Below, one piece after another: positions 52,219 through 61,757 of a stretch of DNA of 64,000 nucleotides. Under the pieces are notes generated by a model. It was not told the DNA's origin, ran no database searches, and worked only from the letters and a program-made list of their open reading frames with translations. How positions within the stretch are numbered: the stretch's first letter is position 1; every line of letters starts with the position of its first letter. Source of the stretch: Rhodospirillaceae bacterium (lineage in GTDB: Bacteria > Pseudomonadota > Alphaproteobacteria > UBA6615); the NCBI GenBank assembly GCA_018702955.1, contig JABJEK010000058.1, positions 47,150 through 111,149 of the forward strand, in the 5' to 3' direction. The position numbers and the translations under genes were made by a program.

Positions 52219-52773
52219 TTACAGTTCCTGTCCGCGCACCCGCTGTTTCAGGTCACGTATGAGGGCGTGCATGCCCGCCAGCCGCGGGTGAACCTTCACC
52301 GCGCCCTCGAACGCCTTTAGCGCCGCATCGCCGTTGCCACGCAGCATCTCGATCTGTCCCAGACCGCTGAGGGCACCGAAATGCCGGGGCTCCAGCGCCA
52401 GCGTCTGTTCCACATCCGCCGTCGACAGGGCGAGCTTGCCCAAAATGAAATAGACGGTGGCGCGCTTGTTCCAGGCCTCCGCGTAGTCGGGCGCCTGGTC
52501 GATCAGCGCGGTATAAACCTCGACGGCGTCGTCGAAGCGCCGATCCGCCATAGCCTTGATGCCGATATGCATCAGGCGGGTGTTGGCGCTGTTCTCGTGC
52601 GCGATCCACGTCGTCCAGATCAGGTTTTCAGCCGCCCGGACCTCGAGTTGCTCGTCGCTCGACTGCAGTATCGAAAAGAGGTTGTCGAGGCGTGGGTCTG
52701 TCTGATCCGCGCGCACGGGTTGCGACCCGGAGACGGCGAACACGATCAGGACGGCGAGGCACAGAATGCGCAT
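52219..52773 (-). CDS. TPR-repeat exported protein
   Basis: Signal peptide; PDYAEAWNKRATVYF and EPRHFGALSGLG motifs. Confidence 0.85.
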   Translation of the reverse strand: MRILCLAVLIVFAVSGSQPVRADQTDPRLDNLFSILQSSDEQLEVRAAENLIWTTWIAHENSANTRLMHIGIKAMADRRFDDAVEVYTALIDQAPDYAEAWNKRATVYFILGKLALSTADVEQTLALEPRHFGALSGLGQIEMLRGNGDAALKAFEGAVKVHPRLAGMHALIRDLKQRVRGQEL

Positions 52774-52841
52774 GGGTGAATTATGCGACGACACGCGTCA
52801 GCGGCTCAAGGGGGCACATTCGGGGCTACAAAGAAGTGATT

Positions 52842-53945
52842 CTATTGTGGTGCCAGCGCATAAACGAAGCCGGTGTGGCTGCCGAAATAGATACGCCCGC
52901 CCACCACGCTCGGCGACGTCCAGACGCGGTCACCTGCCTCAAAACGCCAGGCGATGGTGCCGTCATTGCGGCGCAACGCGTACAAATGCCCGTCACTTGA
53001 GCCGATATAGATATGCTCATCGGTCACCGCGGGAGACGAGAAGACCGGCCCGTTGATCTGGGTCTTCCAGCGTTCCGTGCCGCTTGCCGCATCGAGGGCA
53101 TACACAAAGCCGGTATGCGCGCCGATATAGACCGTCCCGTCGATGATCGAGGGTGACGAAAATACCTCGCGCCGCGTGGGGAAGGTCCAGCGTTTCTCGC
53201 CCGTCAGCGCATCGCGCGCATAGATGTTGCCATCGTCCGATCCAACCACGACCATCCCGTCGGCCACGGCGGGCGAAGAGAATATCCCGCCGCGCGCGCG
53301 CATCTGCCAGATGCGTGTGCCGGTCTTGGTATCGATCGCGTAGAGAATGCCGCCGATCGAACTGATGTAGACGATCCCGTCCACGACTGCCGGGGACGCC
53401 AGCACCCCGCCGCCGCTGCGAAACTTCCAGCGGACCGTGCCGGTACCGGCATTCAGCGCATAAAAGAATTGGTCGAAGGCGCCGAAATACACCACGTCAT
53501 CGATAACGGCGGGCGAGGATTGCTCACCGCCCGGGCCCAGATCGAAGGACCATTTCGTCGCCCCTGTCGCCGCATCCACCGCATAGAACCGGTTATCGTC
53601 GGCGCCGAAGTACACTGCCCCGTCGGCCACCGCCGGCGACGCGCGCAACAGGCCGCCGACAGGGAATTTCCAGATTTCCTCGCCTGTCGCCCCATCAATC
53701 GCAAAAAGCACCTGCGCGAAGCTGCCCGCATAGACGACCCCGTCGACGACGGCGGGCGATGATTCCACGACAGCACCGGTATCGAACTGCCACAGGAGCT
53801 TTGGCGGGGAGGCGATATCCCCCTGCCCGTCCCACGCGCTGTGGGCGGGGTCGAGCCGGAACGCGGGCCAGTCGTCGGCCAGCGCCGGAACCGCACCAAA
53901 CGAAAACAGGGAAATGAATATTGAGGCCAGGAACGTGCGTACCAT
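52842..53945 (-). CDS. PQQ-like (BamB-type) beta-propeller repeat protein
   Basis: Signal peptide; about 8 repeats of W.F...G.V.SSPAV.DG.VY.G..D...YA.DA.TG. Confidence 0.88.
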   Translation of the reverse strand: MVRTFLASIFISLFSFGAVPALADDWPAFRLDPAHSAWDGQGDIASPPKLLWQFDTGAVVESSPAVVDGVVYAGSFAQVLFAIDGATGEEIWKFPVGGLLRASPAVADGAVYFGADDNRFYAVDAATGATKWSFDLGPGGEQSSPAVIDDVVYFGAFDQFFYALNAGTGTVRWKFRSGGGVLASPAVVDGIVYISSIGGILYAIDTKTGTRIWQMRARGGIFSSPAVADGMVVVGSDDGNIYARDALTGEKRWTFPTRREVFSSPSIIDGTVYIGAHTGFVYALDAASGTERWKTQINGPVFSSPAVTDEHIYIGSSDGHLYALRRNDGTIAWRFEAGDRVWTSPSVVGGRIYFGSHTGFVYALAPQ

Positions 53946-54053
53946 GGTCCGGAGTGTTCCCGAGCGCCGCGCACCCGGCCAGTCACAGCTTCGTGCACCG
54001 CCGGCTTGGCTTATAATGGCGGTTGGATCATTTCTGCTCAGGACACACAGCTC

Positions 54054-54485
54054 ATGCCTCTCAAACCCGAAGACATCATCGGTGCCTGGAACCTCGTCGA
54101 CACGTTCCGGGAGAACCCGGACGGCACCCGGACCCAGCATCAGGGCGCCGACCCCATGGGCATCATCATGTACACCGCCGACGGCCATATGAGCGCGATC
54201 ACCCGCGCACGCAGCCGCCCGTTCCCCGCCGACGCCACCGATGCCGACAAGGCCCGCATGTTCGACAGCTATCTGAGTTACGCCGGACGCTGGTCCCTCG
54301 ACGGCGACACCGTCACGCACCATGTCGAACATGCCTTGAACGAAAATCTCGTCGGCAAGGATCGCAAGCGGGTGATCGACCATCAGGGCGATCGCATGGT
54401 GCTGCAGGGTGAAGGGGGTGCCGGTGGCGAAGGTTCGTCGATCGCCACGATTATCTGGGAGCGTCCGAAACCGACCGGCGGCTGA
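54054..54485 (+). CDS. Lipocalin-like domain protein
   Basis: IGAWNLV, GIIMYTADGHMS and YLSYAGRW motifs. Confidence 0.8.
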   Translation: MPLKPEDIIGAWNLVDTFRENPDGTRTQHQGADPMGIIMYTADGHMSAITRARSRPFPADATDADKARMFDSYLSYAGRWSLDGDTVTHHVEHALNENLVGKDRKRVIDHQGDRMVLQGEGGAGGEGSSIATIIWERPKPTGG

Positions 54486-54488
54486 GCC

Positions 54489-55781
54489 CTATCCAAGCTT
54501 TTTCGGCTTCGGACCGCCTGTCGCCCAGTCGAGCAACTCGACCGTGTGGACCACAGGCGCATCCAGCGCGCCGGCGAGCTGCGTGATGCAGCCGATGTTT
54601 CCGGTCGCAACCACCTCGGGCGTGGTGCGGGCGATGTTCGCCGCCTTGCGGTCACGCAGACGCCCCGCGATCTCCGGCTGCAGGATATTGTAGGTCCCCG
54701 CAGAGCCGCAGCACAGATGCCCCTCGCCCGGCTCGCTCACCGTGAAACCGGCCGATGTGAGCAATGTCTTCGGCGGCGTGCGGATCTGCTGGCCATGCTG
54801 CATCGAGCAGGCCGAATGATAGGTCACGCGTAGTTCTGGAATATTTTCGACAGGCTTCAGTTCCGGCTCGAGCTCGGCCAGATACTCGCTGACGTCCCGC
54901 GTTAGGTCGGAGATGCGCGCGGCCTTGTCGGCATAGGCTGCATCCTCGCGGAACATGAACCCGTAATCCTTGACCTGGGTCCCGCAGCCGCTGGTGTTGA
55001 TGATGATGGCGTCGAGGCCCTCACCGTCCGCCTCGGCGATCCAGGCGTCGATGTTTGCGGCTGCCTGGGCATGGGACGCATCGGTCTTGCCCATATGGTG
55101 GACGAGTGAACCGCAACAGCCCGCGCCGTCGGCAACCACGACCTCGACACCGAGCCGGGTCAGCAACCGTACGGTCGCCTCGTTAATCTGCGGCGCGATC
55201 ACGGTCTGCGCGCAACCATTCAACAGCGCGACCCGGCCCTTTCGTGTGCCTTCGGCCGGAATGACCTGAGGTACATCCACCGGGGACGGCGGCCCGAGAT
55301 CGGTCGGGGCGAGCTCCAGCATGGCGCGCGTGCGGCCACGGAACAGCCCGCGCAGGGGTCGGGCCAGCGACGCGGCGGCCAGCAAGGTGCGGAACCGTAG
55401 CGGATAGGGGATCGACCAGGCCAGCGTCCAGCGGATCATCCGCTCGAACATGGGCCGGGTATAGGTCTCTTCGATATGCTTGCGGCCGTGATCGACCAGA
55501 TGCTGGTAGTGCACCCCCGACGGGCATGTGGTCATGCAAGACAGGCAGGACAGGCAGCGATCGACATGGCGGACGGTTTTTTCGTCGGCCGGCGCGTCCG
55601 CTTCGAGCATCTGCTTCATCAGGTAGATACGCCCGCGTGGGCTGTCGAGCTCGTCACCCAGCAACGCATAGGTCGGACAGGTCGCGGTGCAGAAGCCGCA
55701 ATGAACGCAGGCGCGCAGAATGTCGTTGGCGACAGCGATATCAGGATCGGCGAGCTGGGCCAGTGAGAAGTGGGTTTGCAT
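54489..55781 (-). CDS. glcF: Glycolate oxidase iron-sulfur subunit
   Basis: CVHCGFCTATCPT and CLSCLSCMTTCP clusters; CCG domains. Confidence 0.96.
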   Translation of the reverse strand: MQTHFSLAQLADPDIAVANDILRACVHCGFCTATCPTYALLGDELDSPRGRIYLMKQMLEADAPADEKTVRHVDRCLSCLSCMTTCPSGVHYQHLVDHGRKHIEETYTRPMFERMIRWTLAWSIPYPLRFRTLLAAASLARPLRGLFRGRTRAMLELAPTDLGPPSPVDVPQVIPAEGTRKGRVALLNGCAQTVIAPQINEATVRLLTRLGVEVVVADGAGCCGSLVHHMGKTDASHAQAAANIDAWIAEADGEGLDAIIINTSGCGTQVKDYGFMFREDAAYADKAARISDLTRDVSEYLAELEPELKPVENIPELRVTYHSACSMQHGQQIRTPPKTLLTSAGFTVSEPGEGHLCCGSAGTYNILQPEIAGRLRDRKAANIARTTPEVVATGNIGCITQLAGALDAPVVHTVELLDWATGGPKPKKLG

Positions 55782-55784
55782 CGG

Positions 55785-56993
55785 CTAGACCCCGCTATAC
55801 ATGCGGCCGGGGTTAAGAATGTGGCGCGGATCGAAGCTCTCCTTGACCCGGCTCGACAGGGCCGCGAGCGGTGCGGGCTGAGGCTCGAATACATCGACCG
55901 TACGGCGAATATTATTCGACGCACGCACCAGGGTGGCATGGCCACCGCCGTTTGCGGCAAGTGCGCCTCGGATGGCCCCATGTCCGGCGCCCTCGACATC
56001 ACTGTCGACGCAGAACCAGATCAACCCGCCGCCCCAATCATAGAGCGCCTTCCCCGGGATACTGGCCGAGATTTCAGCCACGATAATGCCCGCCCTGTCA
56101 GGTGTGACCGAGAGACGCCAGAGCGGCGTACCACCATCACCCACACCCTCGACATCGCGCACCGATGCCCAGAATGCCTGAGAGGCCTCGCGGTCGAGCG
56201 TCGTGACATGCCCGCGTGCACCCACCAGTTCGCGTAACGCATCGGCACGTGCCGCGACCGAGGGAACAAAGCCCTCCACCCGGAACGCCGTGACCGGCCC
56301 CGGTATAGATGCCAGCCCAACAGGCAAATGCGCCGCGCCGGAGGCCTCGTTGCTGGAGTTAAGCGCCGCCGACATGATCTCGACCGCAACCGCGTCATCT
56401 ACACCAGCGACCAGAATTGTTTCCTCGGTCTCCGCCGCCGGCAGAACCTTGATCGTGATCTGGGTCAGGGCCGCCAGGGTGCCGAACGACCCGGTCAACA
56501 GTTTCGACAGGTCATAACCGGTGACGTTCTTGACCACCCGGCCGCCGCTCTTCACCAGATCGCCGCGCCCGGTGACTGCCTCGATCCCCAATATATGATC
56601 GCGCGCCGCACCCGCCTTGACCCGCCGCGGGCCGGCCAGGTTGCAGGCGATCATGCCGCCCAGCGTGCCGCCCTCGTTTCCGTACAAGCGCGCGAAACGC
56701 GGCGGTTCGAAGGCCAGCATCTGGCCTTTCGCCGCGACGGCGGCCTCGATCTCGGCCAGCGGCGTGCCCGCCCACGCGGACAGGACAAGCTCTTCTGGCT
56801 CGTACAGGGTAATGCCGGTCAGGCCGGACAGGTCGACGGCGTGGGCGATGGTCCGGTTGCCGTCGCCCATGGGCCGGCCGAAGCCGCGCTTGGTGCCGGT
56901 GCCGACGATCTCGAGAGGGGTCTCCTCGCCGGTCGCCCAGGCGATCGCCTCGACGACCTGCTCGGTGGTTTCGGGTTTGAGGGTTTCAACCAT
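55785..56993 (-). CDS. glcE: Glycolate oxidase FAD-binding subunit
   Basis: YEPEELV, GAARDHILG and GGRVVKNVTGYDLSKL motifs. Confidence 0.93.
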   Translation of the reverse strand: MVETLKPETTEQVVEAIAWATGEETPLEIVGTGTKRGFGRPMGDGNRTIAHAVDLSGLTGITLYEPEELVLSAWAGTPLAEIEAAVAAKGQMLAFEPPRFARLYGNEGGTLGGMIACNLAGPRRVKAGAARDHILGIEAVTGRGDLVKSGGRVVKNVTGYDLSKLLTGSFGTLAALTQITIKVLPAAETEETILVAGVDDAVAVEIMSAALNSSNEASGAAHLPVGLASIPGPVTAFRVEGFVPSVAARADALRELVGARGHVTTLDREASQAFWASVRDVEGVGDGGTPLWRLSVTPDRAGIIVAEISASIPGKALYDWGGGLIWFCVDSDVEGAGHGAIRGALAANGGGHATLVRASNNIRRTVDVFEPQPAPLAALSSRVKESFDPRHILNPGRMYSGV

Positions 56994-57001
56994 CGTCGGG
57001 C

Positions 57002-58489
57002 TCAGAACCGCGGCAAATCGGGGAACGGCATCTTGCCGCGATGAATATGCATGCGGCCGAGCTCGGCGCAGCGGTGCAGGGTCGGGAAGACCTTGCCCGG
57101 ATTGAGCAGCTGGTTCGGGTCGAACGCGCATTTGACCCGCTGCTGCTGGTTCAGATCATCCTCGGTAAAGACCTCCGACATCAGGTCGCGCTTCTCGACG
57201 CCCACGCCGTGTTCGCCGGTCAGGACGCCCCCCACCTCGACGCACAGGCGCAGGATGTCGGAGCCAAAATTCTCCGCCCGATCCAGCTCACCCGGCTTGT
57301 TGGCGTCATACATGATCAGCGGATGCAGGTTGCCGTCACCGGCATGGAACACGTTGGCCACGCCAAGACCGTATTTATCCGACAGAACCGACATGCGCTC
57401 GAGCACCTCGGGCAGGCGGTGGCGCGGAATGGTGCCGTCCATGCAGTAATAATCGGGTGTGAGCCGGCCAATCGCCGGGAACGCGGCCTTGCGGCCGGCC
57501 CAGAACTGATTGCGTTCGTCCTCGCTCTCGGAGACCCGGATCGAGACCGCGCCCAGCCCCTCGGCGATCTCGCGCACCCGGCCGATCAGGTAATCGACCT
57601 CGACCGGCGGACCGTCGAGTTCGACCAGCAGCAGCGCCTCGACATCGAGGGGATAGCCGACCTGCACGAAGGCCTCGGCGGCCTTGATCGCGGGCCGGTC
57701 CATCATCTCCATGCCGCCGGGGATGATGCCCGCGCCGATAATATCGGCGACGCACTGGCCGCCGGCGGTGCTGGATTCAAAGCCGATCATCAGCGCGCGC
57801 GCCGTGGCCGGTTTCGGCAATATGCGCACCGTCACTTCGGTGATCACGCCGAGCAGGCCTTCCGAGCCGGTCATCAGGCCCAGCAGGTCATAGCCTTCGG
57901 AATCCATATGCTTGCCGCCGAGACGCAAGATCTCGCCGTCCGGCAACACCATCTCGATGCCCAGGATATTGTTCGTGGTCAGGCCATACTTCAGGCAATG
58001 CACGCCACCGGAATTCTCGGCGACGTTACCGCCGATCGTGCAGGCGATCTGGCTCGACGGGTCGGGGGCGTAATAGAAGCCGTCGGCCTCGACCGCATGG
58101 GTGATCCCCAGATTGGTGACGCCCGGCTGGACCACGGCGCAGCGATTGTCATAGTCGATCTCAAGCACCCGGTTGAACTTGCCCAGGCCGAGCGTGATCG
58201 CGTCGGCTGCGGGTAACGCGCCGCCCGAGAGGGACGTGCCGGCGCCGCGCGGGACGATCTTCACGGCATTCTCGTTGCAGTAGCGCATGATCGCCGAGAC
58301 CTGGCCGACCGTCTCGGGCAGGACAACGATCATCGGCAGTTGCCGGTAGGCGGTCAGCCCGTCGGATTCATAGACCGCCATGCCTGTCTCGTCGGCGATC
58401 ACCCCCTCGCCCGGCACGAACGCGCGCATGGCCGCGACGATCTCGTCGCGCCGCGCGAGGGTCTGGGCATCGGGATCAGGCATCTTCAT
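57002..58489 (-). CDS. glcD: Glycolate oxidase subunit
   Basis: YAPDPSSQIACTIGGNVAENSGG, HAGDGNLHP and GEHGVGVEK motifs. Confidence 0.95.
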   Translation of the reverse strand: MKMPDPDAQTLARRDEIVAAMRAFVPGEGVIADETGMAVYESDGLTAYRQLPMIVVLPETVGQVSAIMRYCNENAVKIVPRGAGTSLSGGALPAADAITLGLGKFNRVLEIDYDNRCAVVQPGVTNLGITHAVEADGFYYAPDPSSQIACTIGGNVAENSGGVHCLKYGLTTNNILGIEMVLPDGEILRLGGKHMDSEGYDLLGLMTGSEGLLGVITEVTVRILPKPATARALMIGFESSTAGGQCVADIIGAGIIPGGMEMMDRPAIKAAEAFVQVGYPLDVEALLLVELDGPPVEVDYLIGRVREIAEGLGAVSIRVSESEDERNQFWAGRKAAFPAIGRLTPDYYCMDGTIPRHRLPEVLERMSVLSDKYGLGVANVFHAGDGNLHPLIMYDANKPGELDRAENFGSDILRLCVEVGGVLTGEHGVGVEKRDLMSEVFTEDDLNQQQRVKCAFDPNQLLNPGKVFPTLHRCAELGRMHIHRGKMPFPDLPRF

Positions 58490-58536
58490 GGGGCATCTCC
58501 ATAACGCTGCCCGGAGTATAGCGGGCGGCGGGCAAC

Positions 58537-58565
58537 AAAAAACCGCGCATAACGCGCGGCTTTTT
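58537..58565 (-). terminator. Terminator after rpmJ
   Basis: On the minus strand: CCGCGC-GTTAT-GCGCGG followed by TTTTTT. Confidence 0.75.
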
Positions 58566-58589
58566 CATCACTTCGTTACGTGCGTAGGC

Positions 58590-58715
58590 TCAGCCCTGGC
58601 GCGCCTTGAAGCGGGGGTTGCGCTTGTTGATCACGTAGATGCGTCCACGCCGGCGTACGACCTGGCAGCCACGACCGCGCTTCTTGAGTGTCTTCAGCGA
58701 ACTTGCGACCTTCAT
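58590..58715 (-). CDS. rpmJ: 50S ribosomal protein L36 (zinc-independent type), absent from the ORF track
   Basis: [41 protein letters not shown] (41 aa); GGGAG RBS. Confidence 0.97.
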   Translation of the reverse strand: MKVASSLKTLKKRGRGCQVVRRRGRIYVINKRNPRFKARQG

Positions 58716-58766
58716 AGGACCGCTCCCAAATATGAAAATCCCGCCCCAAATGGCGGAAACGCGCGG

Positions 58767-58795
58767 AAACTAGCCGCGCGGCACCACCATGTCAA
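58767..58795 (-). promoter_or_regulatory. Sigma70 promoter of rpmJ
   Basis: Minus strand TTGACA-N17-TAGTTT. Confidence 0.75.
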
Positions 58796-58811
58796 CGGTC
58801 CAAACCCCGAT

Positions 58812-59393
58812 TCAACGCGCCTTGGCGTGATATTCCGGGTTGGGCATCCGGTCCAGCGCCGTCGAGGCCCGGTTGGTCATGTTGAAGAAGGCCGCGACAC
58901 TGGCGATATCCATGATGTCGCGCTCGGCAAAACCCGCGTCACGCAGGGCCTGGCGGTCGGTTTCCTCAACTTCGGCCGGGGCGTTGGTCATCTTCACGGC
59001 GAAGTCCAGCATCGCGCGCTGGCGCGGCGAAAGCTCCGCCGCGCGGTAGTTGATCGCCATCAACTCCCCCAGTGCGGGGTCACCGGACAGCTCACGCACC
59101 GCCGAGCCATGCGCCACCACGCAATAGAAACACTTGTTCTCCGACGACACGGCGGTGGCGATCATCTCGCGCTCCAGGCGGCTCAACCCCATCTCGGACA
59201 GCATCAGTTCGTTGTACATGGCGATGAAGCCACGCAGGCGTTCGGGCACAACCGCGTAGCTCTGCAGCACATTCGGCACCATGCCAAGCTTGTCCTGGCA
59301 GACGGCGAAATACTTCCGCAGATCCTCGTCCAGCTCTTCGGCGCCGGGAATCCGTAGGTCCACGGCATGAATATGGTCGGGTTGGGCGGTCAT
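58812..59393 (-). CDS. AhpD-like peroxidase-related enzyme
   Basis: LGMVPNV, EREMIATAVS..NKCFYCVVAHG and FNMTNR motifs. Confidence 0.9.
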   Translation of the reverse strand: MTAQPDHIHAVDLRIPGAEELDEDLRKYFAVCQDKLGMVPNVLQSYAVVPERLRGFIAMYNELMLSEMGLSRLEREMIATAVSSENKCFYCVVAHGSAVRELSGDPALGELMAINYRAAELSPRQRAMLDFAVKMTNAPAEVEETDRQALRDAGFAERDIMDIASVAAFFNMTNRASTALDRMPNPEYHAKAR

Positions 59394-59617
59394 CTCGGGG
59401 GTTCCTCACAATTGTGGCCACGATCAATGGCCGGGCGGCCAATTATAGATCGCGTCGTGGAAAACTCCCGCGAAACAGACAATTCGCTCAAATTAAGGGC
59501 GACATTACGAATCGGTGCCCGACCCCCGATACTTGACGGCAGGGGTCGAAGGTCACTAACACCATCCACCTGCTCCTGCGCTATATTGCGCAAGCATCAG
59601 CAATCGGAGCGCAAGGC

Positions 59618-60595
59618 GTGAGTGAATCGCACCCTTGGAACCTGAACCTCGGACGACATCCGAAACCTGACGAAGTGTCATTCGATCTGGAGCGCACGCT
59701 CTCTTCGGTCGTGGCGCTGCAGTCGCGCGTGCCCGATGACGCCTTCACGGCCCCGATCCTCGGCACGGAGCGCGAGGGACAGGGCGTCGTCATCAGCGAC
59801 GACGGCATGGTCCTGACGATCGGGTATCTGGTCACCGAGGCCGAGGACGTCTGGTTGATCGACAACCATGGCGGTGCTCATGCCGCCCATGTCGTCGGCT
59901 ATGATCAGGAAACCGGTTTCGGGCTGGTGCAGGCGCTGGGCGTGCTGAACCTGCCGGCCATGCCGCTCGGCGAGTCGGCGGATATCTCCACCGGAGACTC
60001 ACTGATCGTCGCCGGACAGGGCGGGGGTGAGGCTGCCATCAACACCCAGGTCATTTCGGTCCGCGAGTTCGCCGGTTCATGGGAATATGTGCTCGACAGC
60101 GCCATTTTCACGGTGCCCGCGCATCCACGCTGGAGCGGTGCCGCCGTGATCAACCAGGCGGGCCATCTCGCCGGGATCGGCTCGCTCTATATTCAGCAGG
60201 CCGCCGGCGACGATGACGAGATCGACGGCAACATGATCGTGCCGATCGACCTGCTCAAACCCATTCTCCAGGAAATCATCGAGTTCGGCAGACGCCGCCG
60301 CGCGGCGCGACCCTGGCTCGGAATGACGACCGCGGAGGCCGAAAACCATCTGGTCGTCGCCGGCATCGCCGAGGGCGGGCCCGCCATGCGCGCCGGGGTC
60401 GAACCCGGCGATATGGTGCTGGGCGTCGACGGCGAGGAAATCTCGGGGCTCTCTACCCTGTTCCGCAAGATCTGGTCTCTGGGCGACGCCGGGGTGATGG
60501 TCCCGCTGACCCTGCACCGTGACAGCCAGGTCGTCTCGGTCAGTGTCGAAAGTGCGGCACGCGCGGACTACCTCAAGAAGCCTCGGGTCAACTGA
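59618..60595 (+). CDS. HtrA/S1C-fold protein with PDZ domain, degenerate catalytic triad
   Basis: GQGVVI, LTIGYLV, YDQETGFGLV and HPRWSGAAV; C-terminal PDZ (PWLGM..GPAMRAGVEPGD). Confidence 0.85.
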   Translation: MSESHPWNLNLGRHPKPDEVSFDLERTLSSVVALQSRVPDDAFTAPILGTEREGQGVVISDDGMVLTIGYLVTEAEDVWLIDNHGGAHAAHVVGYDQETGFGLVQALGVLNLPAMPLGESADISTGDSLIVAGQGGGEAAINTQVISVREFAGSWEYVLDSAIFTVPAHPRWSGAAVINQAGHLAGIGSLYIQQAAGDDDEIDGNMIVPIDLLKPILQEIIEFGRRRRAARPWLGMTTAEAENHLVVAGIAEGGPAMRAGVEPGDMVLGVDGEEISGLSTLFRKIWSLGDAGVMVPLTLHRDSQVVSVSVESAARADYLKKPRVN

Positions 60596-60620
60596 CCATC
60601 AACCGATCCAGAAGGCCGCG

Positions 60621-61601
60621 CTAGAAGGCCGCAACGTCGAATATCCTCGACGCATCCGGGTCAATTCGAATCTGGACCGCACGAATATCGAGCGCACCGG
60701 GCACTTCGACCCGCCACACATTGTCCAATGGATTGCCGACGACGTCCTGAAACGGGGTATCGACGGTGAATACATGCCCGTCGCCATGGATCACGAGCAC
60801 CGGCCCGCCAAAAGCGATCGCACCCTCCGTGATCGCAGCCAAGGTCGCGTGAAAGCCCCCGCCCAGCCCGTAAAGCAGGTAGGGATCGGCCTGGAAGGCC
60901 AGGACGACCGCGGTCGATCGGTCGGCCCGCGCGATCTCAAACAGTTCATTGATCCACTCGATGTTGGCCGCGTCACGCCGCTCAAACTCCGCGATCGCCG
61001 CCGTATCACCCGCCCTGCGCCCATTGTTCGAACCGACGACATGAGCCGTCGCGAACAACACGCCGCCGATACGCCAGCGGGCATTCTCGACCATCACCTG
61101 GTGGACCGGCGAGCGATCGGACTGGCGCTCGAGGGTGATCGGGTCACGGCCGAGGCTCTCCGGTGCGGCAAAGAACAGATCGCGCAAGACCGCCAGACGT
61201 TCACGCGGGTCATAGTCACCCCAGCCACGCCGGTGGCAGTCGGTCCACTCGTTGTCGCCGGGGGTATAGACCAGCGGCCCATCAACGCTGTTCATGTAGT
61301 CGCGTTGACGCAGGTAAATCGCCTCGTCGCACGGCCCGCCGCCCTTGATATCACCCACGTTGATGGTGACGTCCGGCGCTTCGGCGCTAATCATCCGAAG
61401 CAGCTGCTCATAGGCCGGAATATCGACCTTGCGGTAAGGCATATCGCCGAACGCGACAACCGTGACGGGGTTCGTCGCGTCCGGGTTGCGCGGCGTGGAT
61501 TTCTGGTGCGGTGACGCACAGGCGGCCAGTCCGAGGCAGAACACCAATGCGGCGACACGCCAACACCGCCGATCCCACGCAAATACTTGAAATCTCTCCA
61601 T
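60621..61601 (-). CDS. Calcineurin-like metallophosphoesterase lipoprotein
   Basis: Lipobox LAAC; FGDMPY, VGDIK, PGDNEW and HGDGH motifs. Confidence 0.8.
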   Translation of the reverse strand: MERFQVFAWDRRCWRVAALVFCLGLAACASPHQKSTPRNPDATNPVTVVAFGDMPYRKVDIPAYEQLLRMISAEAPDVTINVGDIKGGGPCDEAIYLRQRDYMNSVDGPLVYTPGDNEWTDCHRRGWGDYDPRERLAVLRDLFFAAPESLGRDPITLERQSDRSPVHQVMVENARWRIGGVLFATAHVVGSNNGRRAGDTAAIAEFERRDAANIEWINELFEIARADRSTAVVLAFQADPYLLYGLGGGFHATLAAITEGAIAFGGPVLVIHGDGHVFTVDTPFQDVVGNPLDNVWRVEVPGALDIRAVQIRIDPDASRIFDVAAF

Positions 61602-61757
61602 TCCCAGAGTCTGCCCCCGACGAGCCGCATCAATCAATTTTTTTGATAACCCGGTTGTCGGGGGCCGCCCGATGAAGGCAAGATCATCGCAATAAAACAA
61701 GAACGAACCGCCTAATGGGGGAAATCCAACAGCGGACACCAAACAGGGAGAATCGAG

